Positions 37,682 to 47,941 of a stretch of DNA of 64,000 bases are shown piece by piece. The notes under the pieces were generated by a model. The model was not told where the DNA came from. It made no database searches and worked only from the letters and a program-made list of their open reading frames with translations. This DNA is from an uncultured Candidatus Saccharibacteria bacterium (lineage in GTDB: Bacteria; Patescibacteriota; Minisyncoccia; UBA6257; UBA11618): contig CAYIII010000002.1 in NCBI GenBank assembly GCA_964363475.1, positions 6,661-70,660 on the forward strand. The letters are read 5' to 3'. The stretch's first letter is position 1; the number at the start of each line of letters is the position of its first letter. The position numbers and the translations under genes were made by a program.

Positions 37682-38754
37682 ATGTTTTAGCTATTGTGCA
37701 AAGAATGGACCATAACGATCCTTTTGGAGGTTTTATTTTTGACTGGATGATTGCTTTATCAAAAAAAGTAGATAGATTAGTGATACTAACATTAAAGAAA
37801 AATATAAAACTTCACGATGTGCCGAATAATGTCAGTATTTATTCTTTAGGTAAGGAAAAATATACCGGTTTTGGTTGTTGGCTTTTTTATCTTTATAACT
37901 GGCATCAGAATATTAAACAAATATTAAAAAAAGAAAAAATAGATATTGTATTTACTCATATGACGCCGACTTATTCGGTTTTAGCTTATCCGTATTTTTT
38001 TAGAAAAAAAATACCCATTGTAACTTGGTTTCTTCATCCTAAATTATCAGTAGTTCTTAAATTAGCTCATTATTGTTCGGCTAAAATTGTTTCGGCAATG
38101 CCGGCTTCTTATCCTTATAAAAAAGATAAGTTGATAGCAATAGGCCACGGTGTTAATACGGAAATTTTTAATTATGGAGAAGCTAATGATGATAAAAAGA
38201 TTATTTTAAGCGTCGGCAGATTGTCCCCTATCAAGGATTACGTTACTTTATTAAAAGCCGTTGCGTTGGGAGGCAAGCAATTCAAATTATTTATCATAGG
38301 AAGCTCGACTGATAGTAAAGACAGAAAATATGAAAAAGAGCTTTTAGATATTATTCGTATTTTAAATTTAGAAGAAAAAGTAAAGATTTTACCGGCGATG
38401 GCTATGAATGATTTATCTTATTGGTATAAACAATGTTTTGTTTTGGTTAATGCAACCCCGAATGGTTCTTTTGATAAAGTAGCGTTGGAGGCAATGGCTT
38501 GTAAAAAATTAATTTTAGTTGCAAGTAATAATTTTCAAGAAATTCTTGGTCCTTACCGTGATGAGCTTCTTTTTAAATTTGGAGATCATAATGATTTACA
38601 TAATAAATTAATTTCTATTTTCAATCTGCCTTCAAGCAAAAGAGATCAAATTACGCTATATCTTCAACGAAAAATAATCGAAGAATATAGTTTAGATAGC
38701 TTAATGGAAAGATTGGTTAAGGTTTTTGAATCAGTTAATGCTGAAAATATATGA
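37678..38754 (+). CDS. GT4-like (GT-B) glycosyltransferase
   Basis: 358 aa; FDKVALEAMACKKLILVASNN. Confidence 0.65.
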   Translation: MNVLAIVQRMDHNDPFGGFIFDWMIALSKKVDRLVILTLKKNIKLHDVPNNVSIYSLGKEKYTGFGCWLFYLYNWHQNIKQILKKEKIDIVFTHMTPTYSVLAYPYFFRKKIPIVTWFLHPKLSVVLKLAHYCSAKIVSAMPASYPYKKDKLIAIGHGVNTEIFNYGEANDDKKIILSVGRLSPIKDYVTLLKAVALGGKQFKLFIIGSSTDSKDRKYEKELLDIIRILNLEEKVKILPAMAMNDLSYWYKQCFVLVNATPNGSFDKVALEAMACKKLILVASNNFQEILGPYRDELLFKFGDHNDLHNKLISIFNLPSSKRDQITLYLQRKIIEEYSLDSLMERLVKVFESVNAENI

Positions 38755-40940
38755 AGGTCTTAATGATTTCTATTGATAAAAAAATAGCTCAAACAAACTC
38801 AAAGAGCCAAAAAAGGATGGAGGATTACGGCAGTATAGTTGATGAATTGCATATCGTAGTTTTAACCCCCTTTGTTTTGGGAGGTTCAAATACTATAAAA
38901 ATTGGCAATGTTTTTATCTATCCGACAAATAACAGATTCAAAATTTTTTACTTTTTAAAAGCTCTTTTAATAGGCAGAAATATTATAAAAAAGTTTAAAT
39001 TTTCCAATAATTCCGATTTAATTACCACTCAAGATTCATTTCCAACCGGTATAGTTGGTTATTGTTTAAAAATAATTTATGGATTGCCCCTGCAAATTCA
39101 GGTTCATATTAATTTTTTTAATCCATTCTTCTTAAGAGAATCTATTTTGAATAAAATTTATTTTTTATGCGCCGGATTTTTATTGCCCAGAGTCAATAAT
39201 ATAAGAGTTGTTTCCTGTGAGATAAGGGATTATTTAATTGAAAAATTAAAAATAAATTCCGATAAAATATCGGTCTTACCGGTTTTCGCCAATTTTAACT
39301 TTATTAACCAGTATTCGGCAAAAATTAATTTGCACGATAAATATCCGCAGTTCAATTTCATTATCTTAATGCCTACTAGATTGGTGAGGCAAAAAAATAT
39401 AAAAATGGCGATGTGCGCAATGCATAAATTGGTAAAAAAATATCCTCAAATAGGTCTTGTTATGCCGAGTACGGGACCAGAAGAAAAAAATCTTAAAGAA
39501 TTAAGTCGGGCGCTGAAATTAGAAAATAACATAATTTTTGAATCATGGGATTGCGACTTATTTTCTTACTATAAAACTGCCGATTTGTTCTTATTAACAT
39601 CTAATTATGAAGGTTGGGCTTTAACTGTTACCGAAGCAATGGCCTCTTCACTCCCTGTGATAAGCACCAAGGTTGGGTGTGCTAACGAAATAATTAAGGA
39701 TGGTCATAATGGATTACTGGTCTCTTTAAACGATAGCGAAGAATTATATAAGGCCATTGAAAAATTATACTTAAATTTAGATCTTTGCAAAAATATAGCC
39801 AAGAATGGTTATGAATCCATAAAAAATTTACATCCGGTCACCAAAGAGGAATATTTAAACAAATATTTAGATGGATTTAAAAAAACTCTTTATGTTAAAC
39901 CGCTTTGGAAAACAATGCCATTAGCAATTAAAAAGTTTAACTTATCTTATAGTTTGCCAAATAATTTATTGCCTGCCTTACCTATTATGGCTGGATTTAG
40001 AAAAAATAAAGATAATGGCAAGCCCACCGTTTTAATATGTTCTATATCAGAGGATTACGTAAAATTATGGTTATATTTTGCCAGTAAATTTCTTAATAAT
40101 AAAGATTGGAATTTTTTAGTGGTTGACGGCGCGGGAGATATTGATTCAAAAATATTAAACAACGATTTAAGCGTTAAGGTAATAAAGTTTTTAAATATTT
40201 ATCATGGGCAAAAAGTAGATATAGTTTTGAGAAAAATTATTAATTCCAATTTAGTTTTTCTTTGCGATGATGATAAATATATTATTTCTGACATTAATCC
40301 GGCGTTAAATTTATTATCTGACGATAAGATTAAGGCCGTATCTTTATGCCATCGTACCTGGTATAAAAATTTAATAAATAATAGGGAGTATTGGCCAATG
40401 GGCTCTTACGCGCTACTTTTTAATAGAAAATTTTTTATAGAAAATCAGATTAAAATTAAATCTCGTCGTCATTTAAAAACAAAAAATAGAATTTTTTTAA
40501 ATAACGCGAAGTCCAATTTCGGATATGATACATCTGATTATGCCAATGAACAAATATTATCAATGGGTTACAATATCCCAACTTATCCGGAAGGAAAATA
40601 TGTGTTGGGATTTAATAATATGAGCGGATGCAGAATTTTACTGATGTATTATGGAGTAAATTACATCAAACAAGTTTTATTGCAGGCAAAACATTTTGAA
40701 GGCATTAACGGGTCAATTATTAATTCGCTGTATTGTCGCAGTCATTTTGAGAAATTATTTTATGATGCGTTTAATAAAACGCCAAAACTTGTATCCGGCT
40801 TCAATATGGGGGACTTAATTGATATAGTTAATAATAATCGTAATATTACCCAAGAACAAAAGGAGAAAATATTATTTTGCTTTCAAAGTATTGACTCAAC
40901 ATATAAAAAATTGAATCAATTAATAAAAACAGGCGCTTAA
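38751..40940 (+). CDS. Two-domain protein: N-terminal GT4 glycosyltransferase plus ~350-aa C-terminal domain of unknown function (nucleotide-diphospho-sugar-transferase-like?)
   Basis: 729 aa; YEGWALTVTEAMASSLPVISTKVGC in the N-terminal half; C-terminal half has FLVVDGAGD and FLCDDDKY acidic motifs. Confidence 0.65.
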   Translation: MKVLMISIDKKIAQTNSKSQKRMEDYGSIVDELHIVVLTPFVLGGSNTIKIGNVFIYPTNNRFKIFYFLKALLIGRNIIKKFKFSNNSDLITTQDSFPTGIVGYCLKIIYGLPLQIQVHINFFNPFFLRESILNKIYFLCAGFLLPRVNNIRVVSCEIRDYLIEKLKINSDKISVLPVFANFNFINQYSAKINLHDKYPQFNFIILMPTRLVRQKNIKMAMCAMHKLVKKYPQIGLVMPSTGPEEKNLKELSRALKLENNIIFESWDCDLFSYYKTADLFLLTSNYEGWALTVTEAMASSLPVISTKVGCANEIIKDGHNGLLVSLNDSEELYKAIEKLYLNLDLCKNIAKNGYESIKNLHPVTKEEYLNKYLDGFKKTLYVKPLWKTMPLAIKKFNLSYSLPNNLLPALPIMAGFRKNKDNGKPTVLICSISEDYVKLWLYFASKFLNNKDWNFLVVDGAGDIDSKILNNDLSVKVIKFLNIYHGQKVDIVLRKIINSNLVFLCDDDKYIISDINPALNLLSDDKIKAVSLCHRTWYKNLINNREYWPMGSYALLFNRKFFIENQIKIKSRRHLKTKNRIFLNNAKSNFGYDTSDYANEQILSMGYNIPTYPEGKYVLGFNNMSGCRILLMYYGVNYIKQVLLQAKHFEGINGSIINSLYCRSHFEKLFYDAFNKTPKLVSGFNMGDLIDIVNNNRNITQEQKEKILFCFQSIDSTYKKLNQLIKTGA

Positions 40941-40955
40941 ATCGCCTGTTACAAC
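40925..40955. terminator. Hairpin at the convergent gene junction (terminator for the minus-strand gene)
   Basis: AACAGGCG-cttaaat-CGCCTGTT; a T-run follows on the minus strand. Confidence 0.4.
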
Positions 40956-41194
40956 TTATCTGGACACTCCACCTTATCCGGACATTTTGTTCCGGAAAGC
41001 CATTGAACTTTCTTATCTAACAGTTCTTTACATTTCTCCAAAAAAATAATTGCTTCTTCTTCTGACATCTTGATTCTTTCCAAATGTTTCAAGCAGGCAT
41101 CTCTGTTGTAATTCAAAATATACATTAATGTATTTTCTCCTGAATAAGTTACTTTACCGCCAATAATCAAATCCCTAAAGTCGGCTTGATTCAT
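40949..41194 (-). CDS. Hypothetical small protein
   Basis: 81 aa, no motif. Confidence 0.3.
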   Translation of the reverse strand: MNQADFRDLIIGGKVTYSGENTLMYILNYNRDACLKHLERIKMSEEEAIIFLEKCKELLDKKVQWLSGTKCPDKVECPDKL

Positions 41195-41237
41195 CGTTCC
41201 CCCTCCTTAGATTTTCAAGAAACAAACCTGACGCATT

Positions 41238-41771
41238 TTACAAGATATTCAATATTTTATCAACAACCTGCTCTTCAGACAAATTGCCGGTAGTTATTCT
41301 TTTTTCAGAATATTTTTTATATAGAGGTAATCTGTAATTATAAACCTTTCTCAATCCCCCTTTTTCTTTGAGGCCGATTACAGCCCCGCGAGTTTTGCCA
41401 TGCGTTGTTCTATCTTCAATAAGAGAAAATGGCGTGTCTATAAAAATAATTAACGCGTTCTTTCTTAATTCTTCCATAGCTTTTTTAGATAAAATAATAC
41501 TCCCTCCCGGGGAGATTACGGTATTTCGAGGTTTATTTTTAAGCAAATTAATCAAGTATTTTTCTTCCAGCTCTATGAATTTTTTCTCCCCGACATCTTT
41601 TATGATTTGGTCAAGATTTTTTTTGCACTTTATTTCCAGCAAATCGTCTATGTCCAGAAATATGAATTTAAGCTTGAAGGCCAGTTTTTTGCCAACCATG
41701 CTCTTTCCCGCTCCAGCCATACCTATTAGGGCGATATTTTGTTTGCTTATAGTATTTTTTTTTATTAGCAT
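41238..41771 (-). CDS. P-loop kinase of the shikimate-kinase/gluconokinase fold (start taken at the internal Met to avoid overlap)
   Basis: Walker A IALIGMAGAGKSMVGKKLA followed by FIFLDIDDLLE, as in AroK-type kinases. Confidence 0.5.
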   Translation of the reverse strand: MLIKKNTISKQNIALIGMAGAGKSMVGKKLAFKLKFIFLDIDDLLEIKCKKNLDQIIKDVGEKKFIELEEKYLINLLKNKPRNTVISPGGSIILSKKAMEELRKNALIIFIDTPFSLIEDRTTHGKTRGAVIGLKEKGGLRKVYNYRLPLYKKYSEKRITTGNLSEEQVVDKILNIL

Positions 41772-41789
41772 TGGTGTTATTAAATAATA

Positions 41790-43028
41790 ATGAATACCAG
41801 CCATTATATAGCATCCTGCAGAATTTGCCAAAACAAAACACTTGTCCCTTTTTTTGACCTTGGCCACCATCCCTTAGCTAATTCTCTTATTAAAAATTTA
41901 GATAAAAAAGAATTTTTTTTTCCTTTATGTTTATGTTGGTGCAATGCTTGTAAGGTTGTTCAATTAAATTATACAGTTGACCCTAAAATTCTTTTTTCAA
42001 ATTATTTTTGGGTTACCGGCACCTCTCAAACGGCTAAAGATTTTTCTTTTAAGTTTTATCAAAAACTAATCAAGCGTTCTGTTAATTCTTCCAAAAATTT
42101 TGTTTTAGAAATAGCGAGCAATGACGGCACTTTTTTAAGGCCTTTCATTAAAAATGGCTATAAGGTTATGGGAGTTGATCCCGCTAAAAATGTTGTGGAG
42201 ATAGCTCAAAAAAACAATATACCCACTATTTGCGGATTTTGGAATAAAAGTTTCGCAATTAAATTTAAAAAGAAATACGGACTAGCACAAATAATCTTTG
42301 CTAGAAATGTTTTGCCTCATGTTAACGATATTCATGGTTTTATAGATGGGGCGGTATATTGTTTAAGCGACGATGGAATATTGGCTATTGAGGCGCATTA
42401 TGCCGGTAATATTTTAGACGGTTTGCATTACGATTCAATTTATCATGAGCATTTATTTTACTTTACTTTAAAATCACTGGAAGGATTATTTAATAAATTT
42501 AATTTATTTATTTTTGACATTGAACCAAGTCCTATTAGTGGAGGAGCCATTATTGTTTATGCTAAAAAGAAAAAAGTAGCGGAAAATAATAATCTTAAAA
42601 AATATAGAAATTATGAATTAAAAAATAAGATTAATAGTTTTTTGAGTTGGAAAAAATTTGCTAATAACGCTTTCAGACATAAAAAAGAATTAATCAATTT
42701 AATGAAAAATATACCTAATAAAGAAAATAATCTAATTGGATGGGGAGCATCTGCCAGAAGCTCCACTCTATTGAATTTTTGTAAAATTGATTCTAAAATA
42801 ATACCTGTTATTGCCGACCAAAATTTTTTAAAGCATAAACATTTTACTGCCGGCTCCCATATTTTGATTGATTCTCCGGATTCAGTTATGAAAAGAAAGC
42901 CGAAATTTGTAATAATTTTAGCGTGGAATTTTACTAAAGAAATAATCGGCATATTAAAAAATAAATATAAATATTCCGGTAAATATATAATTCCATTGCC
43001 GAATAAACCCAAAATTCAATTAAAATAA
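41790..43028 (+). CDS. Nucleotide-sugar C-methyltransferase family protein (Zn-ribbon + class I MTase + C-methyltransferase C-terminal domain; TylCIII/EvaC-like)
   Basis: 412 aa; N-terminus CRICQNKTLVPFFDLGHHPLANS is the hallmark Zn-binding motif of the sugar 3-C-methyltransferase family; central SAM-binding domain. Confidence 0.7.
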   Translation: MNTSHYIASCRICQNKTLVPFFDLGHHPLANSLIKNLDKKEFFFPLCLCWCNACKVVQLNYTVDPKILFSNYFWVTGTSQTAKDFSFKFYQKLIKRSVNSSKNFVLEIASNDGTFLRPFIKNGYKVMGVDPAKNVVEIAQKNNIPTICGFWNKSFAIKFKKKYGLAQIIFARNVLPHVNDIHGFIDGAVYCLSDDGILAIEAHYAGNILDGLHYDSIYHEHLFYFTLKSLEGLFNKFNLFIFDIEPSPISGGAIIVYAKKKKVAENNNLKKYRNYELKNKINSFLSWKKFANNAFRHKKELINLMKNIPNKENNLIGWGASARSSTLLNFCKIDSKIIPVIADQNFLKHKHFTAGSHILIDSPDSVMKRKPKFVIILAWNFTKEIIGILKNKYKYSGKYIIPLPNKPKIQLK

Positions 43029-43029
43029 A

Positions 43030-43557
43030 ATGATTTTTACAAAAACATCAATTAACGGTTTATATGTTATTGAATTAGAACCTAAAATGGATGAACGAGG
43101 TTATTTTTTAAGAGTTTTTTGCCAGGACGAATTCAAAAATGCCGGTCTTAATTATAATATAATAAACACAAATCGTTCTTTCAGCAGATATAAGGGCACT
43201 GTAAGAGGCCTTCATTTTCAAAAAGAGCCAATGGCCGAAGTAAAAATTGTTCAATGTTTAAGGGGTAGGATATTTGATGTGGTTGTTGATTTAAGAACAG
43301 AGTCATCAACCTATAAGCAGTGGTTTGGAATAGAATTAACTGAAAATAATAATAAAATGCTTTATGTGCCCAAGGGATTTGCTCATGGCATACAAACTTT
43401 ATCGGATAATTGTATTTTAGAATATTTTATAAATCAGTTCTATTCTCCACAACATGAAGGTGGATTTCTTTGGAATGACCCGGCTTTTAAAATTATTTGG
43501 CCATTGCCAGTTTCTGTAATGTCAGAAAGAGATAAAAAATGGCGTTTATTTAATTAA
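43030..43557 (+). CDS. NDP-4-keto-6-deoxy-sugar 3,5-epimerase (RmlC/DmhB-like cupin)
   Basis: 175 aa; LYVIELEPKMDERGYFLRVF...VRGLHFQ...FAHGIQTL...YSPQHEGGF. Confidence 0.8.
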   Translation: MIFTKTSINGLYVIELEPKMDERGYFLRVFCQDEFKNAGLNYNIINTNRSFSRYKGTVRGLHFQKEPMAEVKIVQCLRGRIFDVVVDLRTESSTYKQWFGIELTENNNKMLYVPKGFAHGIQTLSDNCILEYFINQFYSPQHEGGFLWNDPAFKIIWPLPVSVMSERDKKWRLFN

Positions 43558-43560
43558 TTT

Positions 43561-44541
43561 ATGATAATATCCAGAACGCCATTGCGTATAAGTTTTGCCG
43601 GCGGTGGTTCTGATTTTAAGTTATTTTATAAAAATGGCTATGGTTCAGTAGTAAGCGCCACTATTAATAAATATGTTTATGTGATTGTAAATAAAAGAAT
43701 TGATAATTTAATTCGTGTTGGTTATTCAAAAACAGAATTTATCAGCGATGTTAATGAGATAGAGCATGATATTATACGGGAGTCATTAAAATTTTTAAAA
43801 ATAGATAAAGCATTAGACATTACCTATATTGGCGATATCTCAATTGGTAATATGGGTACCGGATTGGGGTCCTCCAGCGCTCTTGCCGTTGGCGTTTTAA
43901 ATGCCTTATATGCCTATAAAAACCAAACAGTTTCTCCAGAAAAATTGGCTCAAGACGCTTGTAAGATAGAAATAGATATTCTCAAGAGACCCATTGGCAA
44001 ACAAGACCAATACGCCTCCGCGTATGGCGGATTAAATTTTATAAAATTTAATCCCGATGAAAGCGTAAGCGTAAAATCGCTAAAAATTAAAAAAGAGATC
44101 AGAGAAAAACTTAATAGTAATTTGCTAATGTTTAATACTGGCCTCAATGTCCAATCAAGCGTTGTTTTAAATGAACAAAAAAATAGAATTAAGAATAACT
44201 ACGAACTCTTATCGGGAGTTGTTAAACTATCCCAAGTATTAGAAAAAAATTTAAACAAACAAAATATAAATGATTTTGGACAAATATTACATCGAAATTG
44301 GCTTTTAAAAAAACAATTTGCTGCTAAAGTCAGTAATAGTATCATTGATAGTTATTATAATTTAGCATTGGAAGCAGGCGCTTCCGGCGGTAAAATTTTA
44401 GGTTCGGGGGGCGGTGGTTATTTACTTTTTCATTGCAATTCAGAAAAATCCAAAAAACAAGTAAAGCGGGCGCTTGCTGGTTTGGAGGAATTAAATTTTA
44501 AATTTGCCCCTGTGGGCAGTGAAATAGTTTATTCTGACTAA
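43561..44541 (+). CDS. GHMP-family sugar kinase (HddA/fucokinase-like anomeric kinase)
   Basis: 326 aa; PLRISFAGGGSD (motif I), GTGLGSSSALAV (motif II), GSGGGGY (motif III). Confidence 0.8.
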   Translation: MIISRTPLRISFAGGGSDFKLFYKNGYGSVVSATINKYVYVIVNKRIDNLIRVGYSKTEFISDVNEIEHDIIRESLKFLKIDKALDITYIGDISIGNMGTGLGSSSALAVGVLNALYAYKNQTVSPEKLAQDACKIEIDILKRPIGKQDQYASAYGGLNFIKFNPDESVSVKSLKIKKEIREKLNSNLLMFNTGLNVQSSVVLNEQKNRIKNNYELLSGVVKLSQVLEKNLNKQNINDFGQILHRNWLLKKQFAAKVSNSIIDSYYNLALEAGASGGKILGSGGGGYLLFHCNSEKSKKQVKRALAGLEELNFKFAPVGSEIVYSD

Positions 44542-44545
44542 TAAA

Positions 44546-45538
44546 ATGAAAAAGGAAAAAATTCTTATAACGGGCATAACCGGATTTGTGGGTTCACATA
44601 TGGCGGATTATTTATTGGCAAGGGGCAATGTTGATGTCTATGGGTTAAAAAGATGGAATTTATCACGAATGAGAAATATTCATCACATTCTTGATAAAAT
44701 AAATTTGTTAGATTGCGATATTACCGACCCAATTAGCGCTCGCAGAATAATTAAAGAAATAAAGCCGGACAAAGTTTTTCATTTTGCGGCTGAAAGTTTT
44801 GTAAGTCCATCATGGCATCATCCCAATCATTATATGGATGTTAATTATAAAGGCACGGTTAATTTATTAGATGCTATTTTAGAAACCGGCATTAATCCTA
44901 GATTTCATATTGCCAGTTCTTGTGAAGAATATGGGGAGATAAATAAAAACGAATTACCTATTACAGAAAATACGGTTCTGAGACCAGTTAATCCATATGC
45001 CGTAAGTAAAGTTGCGCAAAATTTTATAGGTTATGTTTATTTTAAGTCCTATGGTTTAAATATTATTAGGACTAGAGCATTTAATCATGAAGGTCCTCGT
45101 AGAGATTATGTTTTTGGAATACCGTGGTATGCCTATCAAATCGCCCTTATAGAGCATGGAAAACAAAAACCAATGGTGCGTGTCGGTTACATTAAGGATA
45201 AAAGAAATTTTACCCACATTAGCGATATCGTAAAGGCGTATTGGTTAGCCATGGAAAAATGTAATTCGGGAGAATTATATTTAATTGGTTCTGACGAAAG
45301 CGCTCATATCCATACTTTTAAAGAAGCTCTCGAAGCACTTATTAAAATGTCATCAGTAAAAAAAATAGAATTTGAACAAGACCCCAAATTTGTAAGGCCT
45401 AGCTCTGTTCCTAATTTAATTGGCAATACTAGCAAGTTTAGAAAACTTACTGGCTGGAAGCCAAAAATAGGATTTAAACAGATTCTTGAAGATACCCTTA
45501 ATTATTGGAGAAGATTCGTAAAAAATGACGCCTATTAA
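44546..45538 (+). CDS. NDP-sugar 4,6-dehydratase (GMD/DmhA-like SDR)
   Basis: 330 aa; ITGITGFVGSHMADYLL...YGLKRWNLSRMRNIHHI...DCDITD follows the GDP-mannose-4,6-dehydratase pattern. Confidence 0.65.
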   Translation: MKKEKILITGITGFVGSHMADYLLARGNVDVYGLKRWNLSRMRNIHHILDKINLLDCDITDPISARRIIKEIKPDKVFHFAAESFVSPSWHHPNHYMDVNYKGTVNLLDAILETGINPRFHIASSCEEYGEINKNELPITENTVLRPVNPYAVSKVAQNFIGYVYFKSYGLNIIRTRAFNHEGPRRDYVFGIPWYAYQIALIEHGKQKPMVRVGYIKDKRNFTHISDIVKAYWLAMEKCNSGELYLIGSDESAHIHTFKEALEALIKMSSVKKIEFEQDPKFVRPSSVPNLIGNTSKFRKLTGWKPKIGFKQILEDTLNYWRRFVKNDAY

Positions 45539-46271
45539 ATTAAAACAAGCGGTAATATTAGCCGGTGGTCTGGGAGTTCGTTTGCGTCCCCTGACAAATA
45601 ATGTTCCAAAGCCGATGGTGAAAGTGAATGAAAGGCCGTTTTTGGAACATCTTTTTGAACTGCTCAAATCAAATGGAATCAGTGAAGTAGTTTTGCTTTT
45701 GGGATATCTGCCAGAAAAATTTATAAATTATTTTGGCGATGGTTCCGGTTTCGGCTTAAAAATAAAATATTCTATTGGGGATGTTGATTGGGAAAGCGGA
45801 ACAAGAATAAAAAAAGCCAGGCATTTATTTGATGACCAATTTCTTTTAATGTATGGCGATATTTATTGGCCGCTTAATCTGAAAAGGATAATGGATTCTT
45901 ATAATAAGATGGGATTGCCGGCTATGATGACTGTTTATAATAATTACAAGAAGGATGGTGAATATAAAATAAATAATGTTGATATTAATGAAAATAGTAT
46001 CATCACTTATTATGGAAATTGTATGGATAAGATTGGGTTTAGCGGTTTAGATATAGGATTTTTTATTTTAAAAAAAGATGTTTTAAAAAGAATGCCAAAT
46101 GATAATTTTAATTTTCAGAATGGTTATTTGCCCAAATTAATTTCTAAAAGACAATTAGCCGCCTATATAACTAATGAACAGTATTGCACCATCACGAACA
46201 TAGATTTTTTTAAAAAAGCCGAGGTTTTTTTAAAGAAAATTAATAAAAAACTGCCCAAAAAGGACAGTTAA
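45525..46271 (+). CDS. Sugar-1-phosphate nucleotidyltransferase (RfbF/HddC-like)
   Basis: 248 aa; AVILAGGLGVRLRPLTNNVPKPMV. Confidence 0.8.
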   Translation: MTPIKLKQAVILAGGLGVRLRPLTNNVPKPMVKVNERPFLEHLFELLKSNGISEVVLLLGYLPEKFINYFGDGSGFGLKIKYSIGDVDWESGTRIKKARHLFDDQFLLMYGDIYWPLNLKRIMDSYNKMGLPAMMTVYNNYKKDGEYKINNVDINENSIITYYGNCMDKIGFSGLDIGFFILKKDVLKRMPNDNFNFQNGYLPKLISKRQLAAYITNEQYCTITNIDFFKKAEVFLKKINKKLPKKDS

Positions 46272-46996
46272 ACTTCTTCATGCTGATGAACAAAATTTGG
46301 CGAATAAAGCAAGGGAATAGATTCCTGCTTTTTGTCATGTCCAAGCAGGCCGGCTAATTTTGTTTCTATTGGAATTACAATAGAATCATAAACTTCTCTA
46401 TGAGTTTTCCCGTGTTTTTCGGCAAAAACTTTTCCCAAATGAAAATATCTTCCCCCTTCCTCAAAATGCGGCTTGAGGTCATCAAACCGTCTTTTATAAG
46501 TAGTAACTTGATAGTTTGAAGTACAACAATCGGCATAGAATACTATCATTGCATCAAGATCGGCATCGCCACTTAGCATCCTTTCGATGCCAATATCGCC
46601 AGTAGTGCTTGCAAGCGAAACAACGTGTTCCGGTATCCCCATTTTTAGCAATAACTCAAAACCCTCTTTATCCGTTTTCCCCCCTTCTTGCTCTTGTCGT
46701 TTAAACCAATCATGCAACAACAATGCTCGAACAACTGAATTTAGTGAAACGCCATGTCTTTTGGTATTTAAAGCCAAATTGTAACCCAATGTGGCAGAAA
46801 CAGCCATATGGGCCACAACATTAAGCCAAGATCGTTTTAAACGATAATTATCATCCCATTGCGGATGCAAAAGACCGCCAACCTCCCAAATACGCAATAT
46901 AAGATCGTCAAAACAATGATCTGGAAAATACTCCATGCATCTTGATATAACAGCGTTTATTTCACAATTTTGAGCGAAATAATCGCATGCGTTCAT
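46268..46996 (-). CDS. HD-domain phosphohydrolase-like protein (only opposite-strand gene inside the sugar-nucleotide module)
   Basis: 242 aa; H...HD...D arrangement (VAHMAV ... LLLHDWFK ... D). Locally higher GC than its neighbours. Confidence 0.5.
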   Translation of the reverse strand: MNACDYFAQNCEINAVISRCMEYFPDHCFDDLILRIWEVGGLLHPQWDDNYRLKRSWLNVVAHMAVSATLGYNLALNTKRHGVSLNSVVRALLLHDWFKRQEQEGGKTDKEGFELLLKMGIPEHVVSLASTTGDIGIERMLSGDADLDAMIVFYADCCTSNYQVTTYKRRFDDLKPHFEEGGRYFHLGKVFAEKHGKTHREVYDSIVIPIETKLAGLLGHDKKQESIPLLYSPNFVHQHEEV

Positions 46997-47065
46997 TTGC
47001 GCGCCACTCCTTTCAAGGAACTTCTTGCTAGGAGCACTGTAAGGTATTACAATCTACTGGTCAAT

Positions 47066-47941
47066 ATGAGAATTTTTGTTACAGGCGGTACTGGTTTTAT
47101 TGGTAGCCATGTAATTGATTTATTGAAAAAGGAAAAGCAGGAACTATTGTTATTGTCTAGAAAAAATAATAAAAGACCCTTTATTAAAGGCAATCTCAAT
47201 TCTATTCAAAAATGGAAAGATAAGTTGATTGAGTTTAGACCTGAAGCGACTATACATTTAGCTTGGGAAAATACTCCTCATGGTAGCGCTTCCAAACATA
47301 GCTCTTTGGACAGCGCTGGTAACTTAACTTATGGACTTAATTTAATTAAAGCCCTTACTGAAACTGGTTGTAAAAAAATTTTAGCAACAGGAAGCTGTTG
47401 GGAATATGGCAGGTCTTTTGGAAAATTAGAAGAAATCAGTTCGGTAGATTATTCTAATTCCTTTGTTATTGCCAAAAATTGCTTACATTTTTTGGGTAGA
47501 AAGATAGCTGAAGAAAATAATATGCAGTTTATTTGGACAAGACTTTTTTTTGTTTATGGTCCGGGACAAAGACGTCAATCTATAATTCCTTATCTTTTTG
47601 ATTGTTATAATAGAAATTTAAAGCCGGATATTAAAAATCCATTTAATAAAAATGACTTTGTTTATGTAGAAGATGTAGTAGAGGCAATCTGGGAAATATT
47701 AAGAAATAATAATTCAAGCTCCATTTATAACATTGGCACAGGACATTCGGTGTCAATTGAAAAAATTGCCAATATTATCTATGGTACTAGCAAGAAAGAA
47801 TTATTAAATAAAGGTTCCCAAAATAAACCTACTTGTGATTTTTATGCAAACATTGCCAAAATTAAAAAAGATATCGGATGGTACCCCAAAATTAGCATTG
47901 AAGCAGGAATTAAAGAGCTCAAAGAAATTAACGGTATCTGA
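47066..47941 (+). CDS. SDR-family NAD(P)-dependent nucleotide-sugar reductase/epimerase
   Basis: Start taken at MRIFVTGGTGFIGSHV. The longer ORF beginning at 46970 overlaps the HD gene on the opposite strand. Confidence 0.65.
   Translation: MRIFVTGGTGFIGSHVIDLLKKEKQELLLLSRKNNKRPFIKGNLNSIQKWKDKLIEFRPEATIHLAWENTPHGSASKHSSLDSAGNLTYGLNLIKALTETGCKKILATGSCWEYGRSFGKLEEISSVDYSNSFVIAKNCLHFLGRKIAEENNMQFIWTRLFFVYGPGQRRQSIIPYLFDCYNRNLKPDIKNPFNKNDFVYVEDVVEAIWEILRNNNSSSIYNIGTGHSVSIEKIANIIYGTSKKELLNKGSQNKPTCDFYANIAKIKKDIGWYPKISIEAGIKELKEINGI

Noticed and set aside
41771-41870. Longest-ORF N-terminal extension of the P-loop kinase overlapping the C-methyltransferase start, and likewise the 46970..47065 extension of the SDR into the HD gene.
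   Set aside because: The extensions lack family features and overlap well-supported genes. Internal Met starts immediately preceding the Walker A / Rossmann motifs are preferred.
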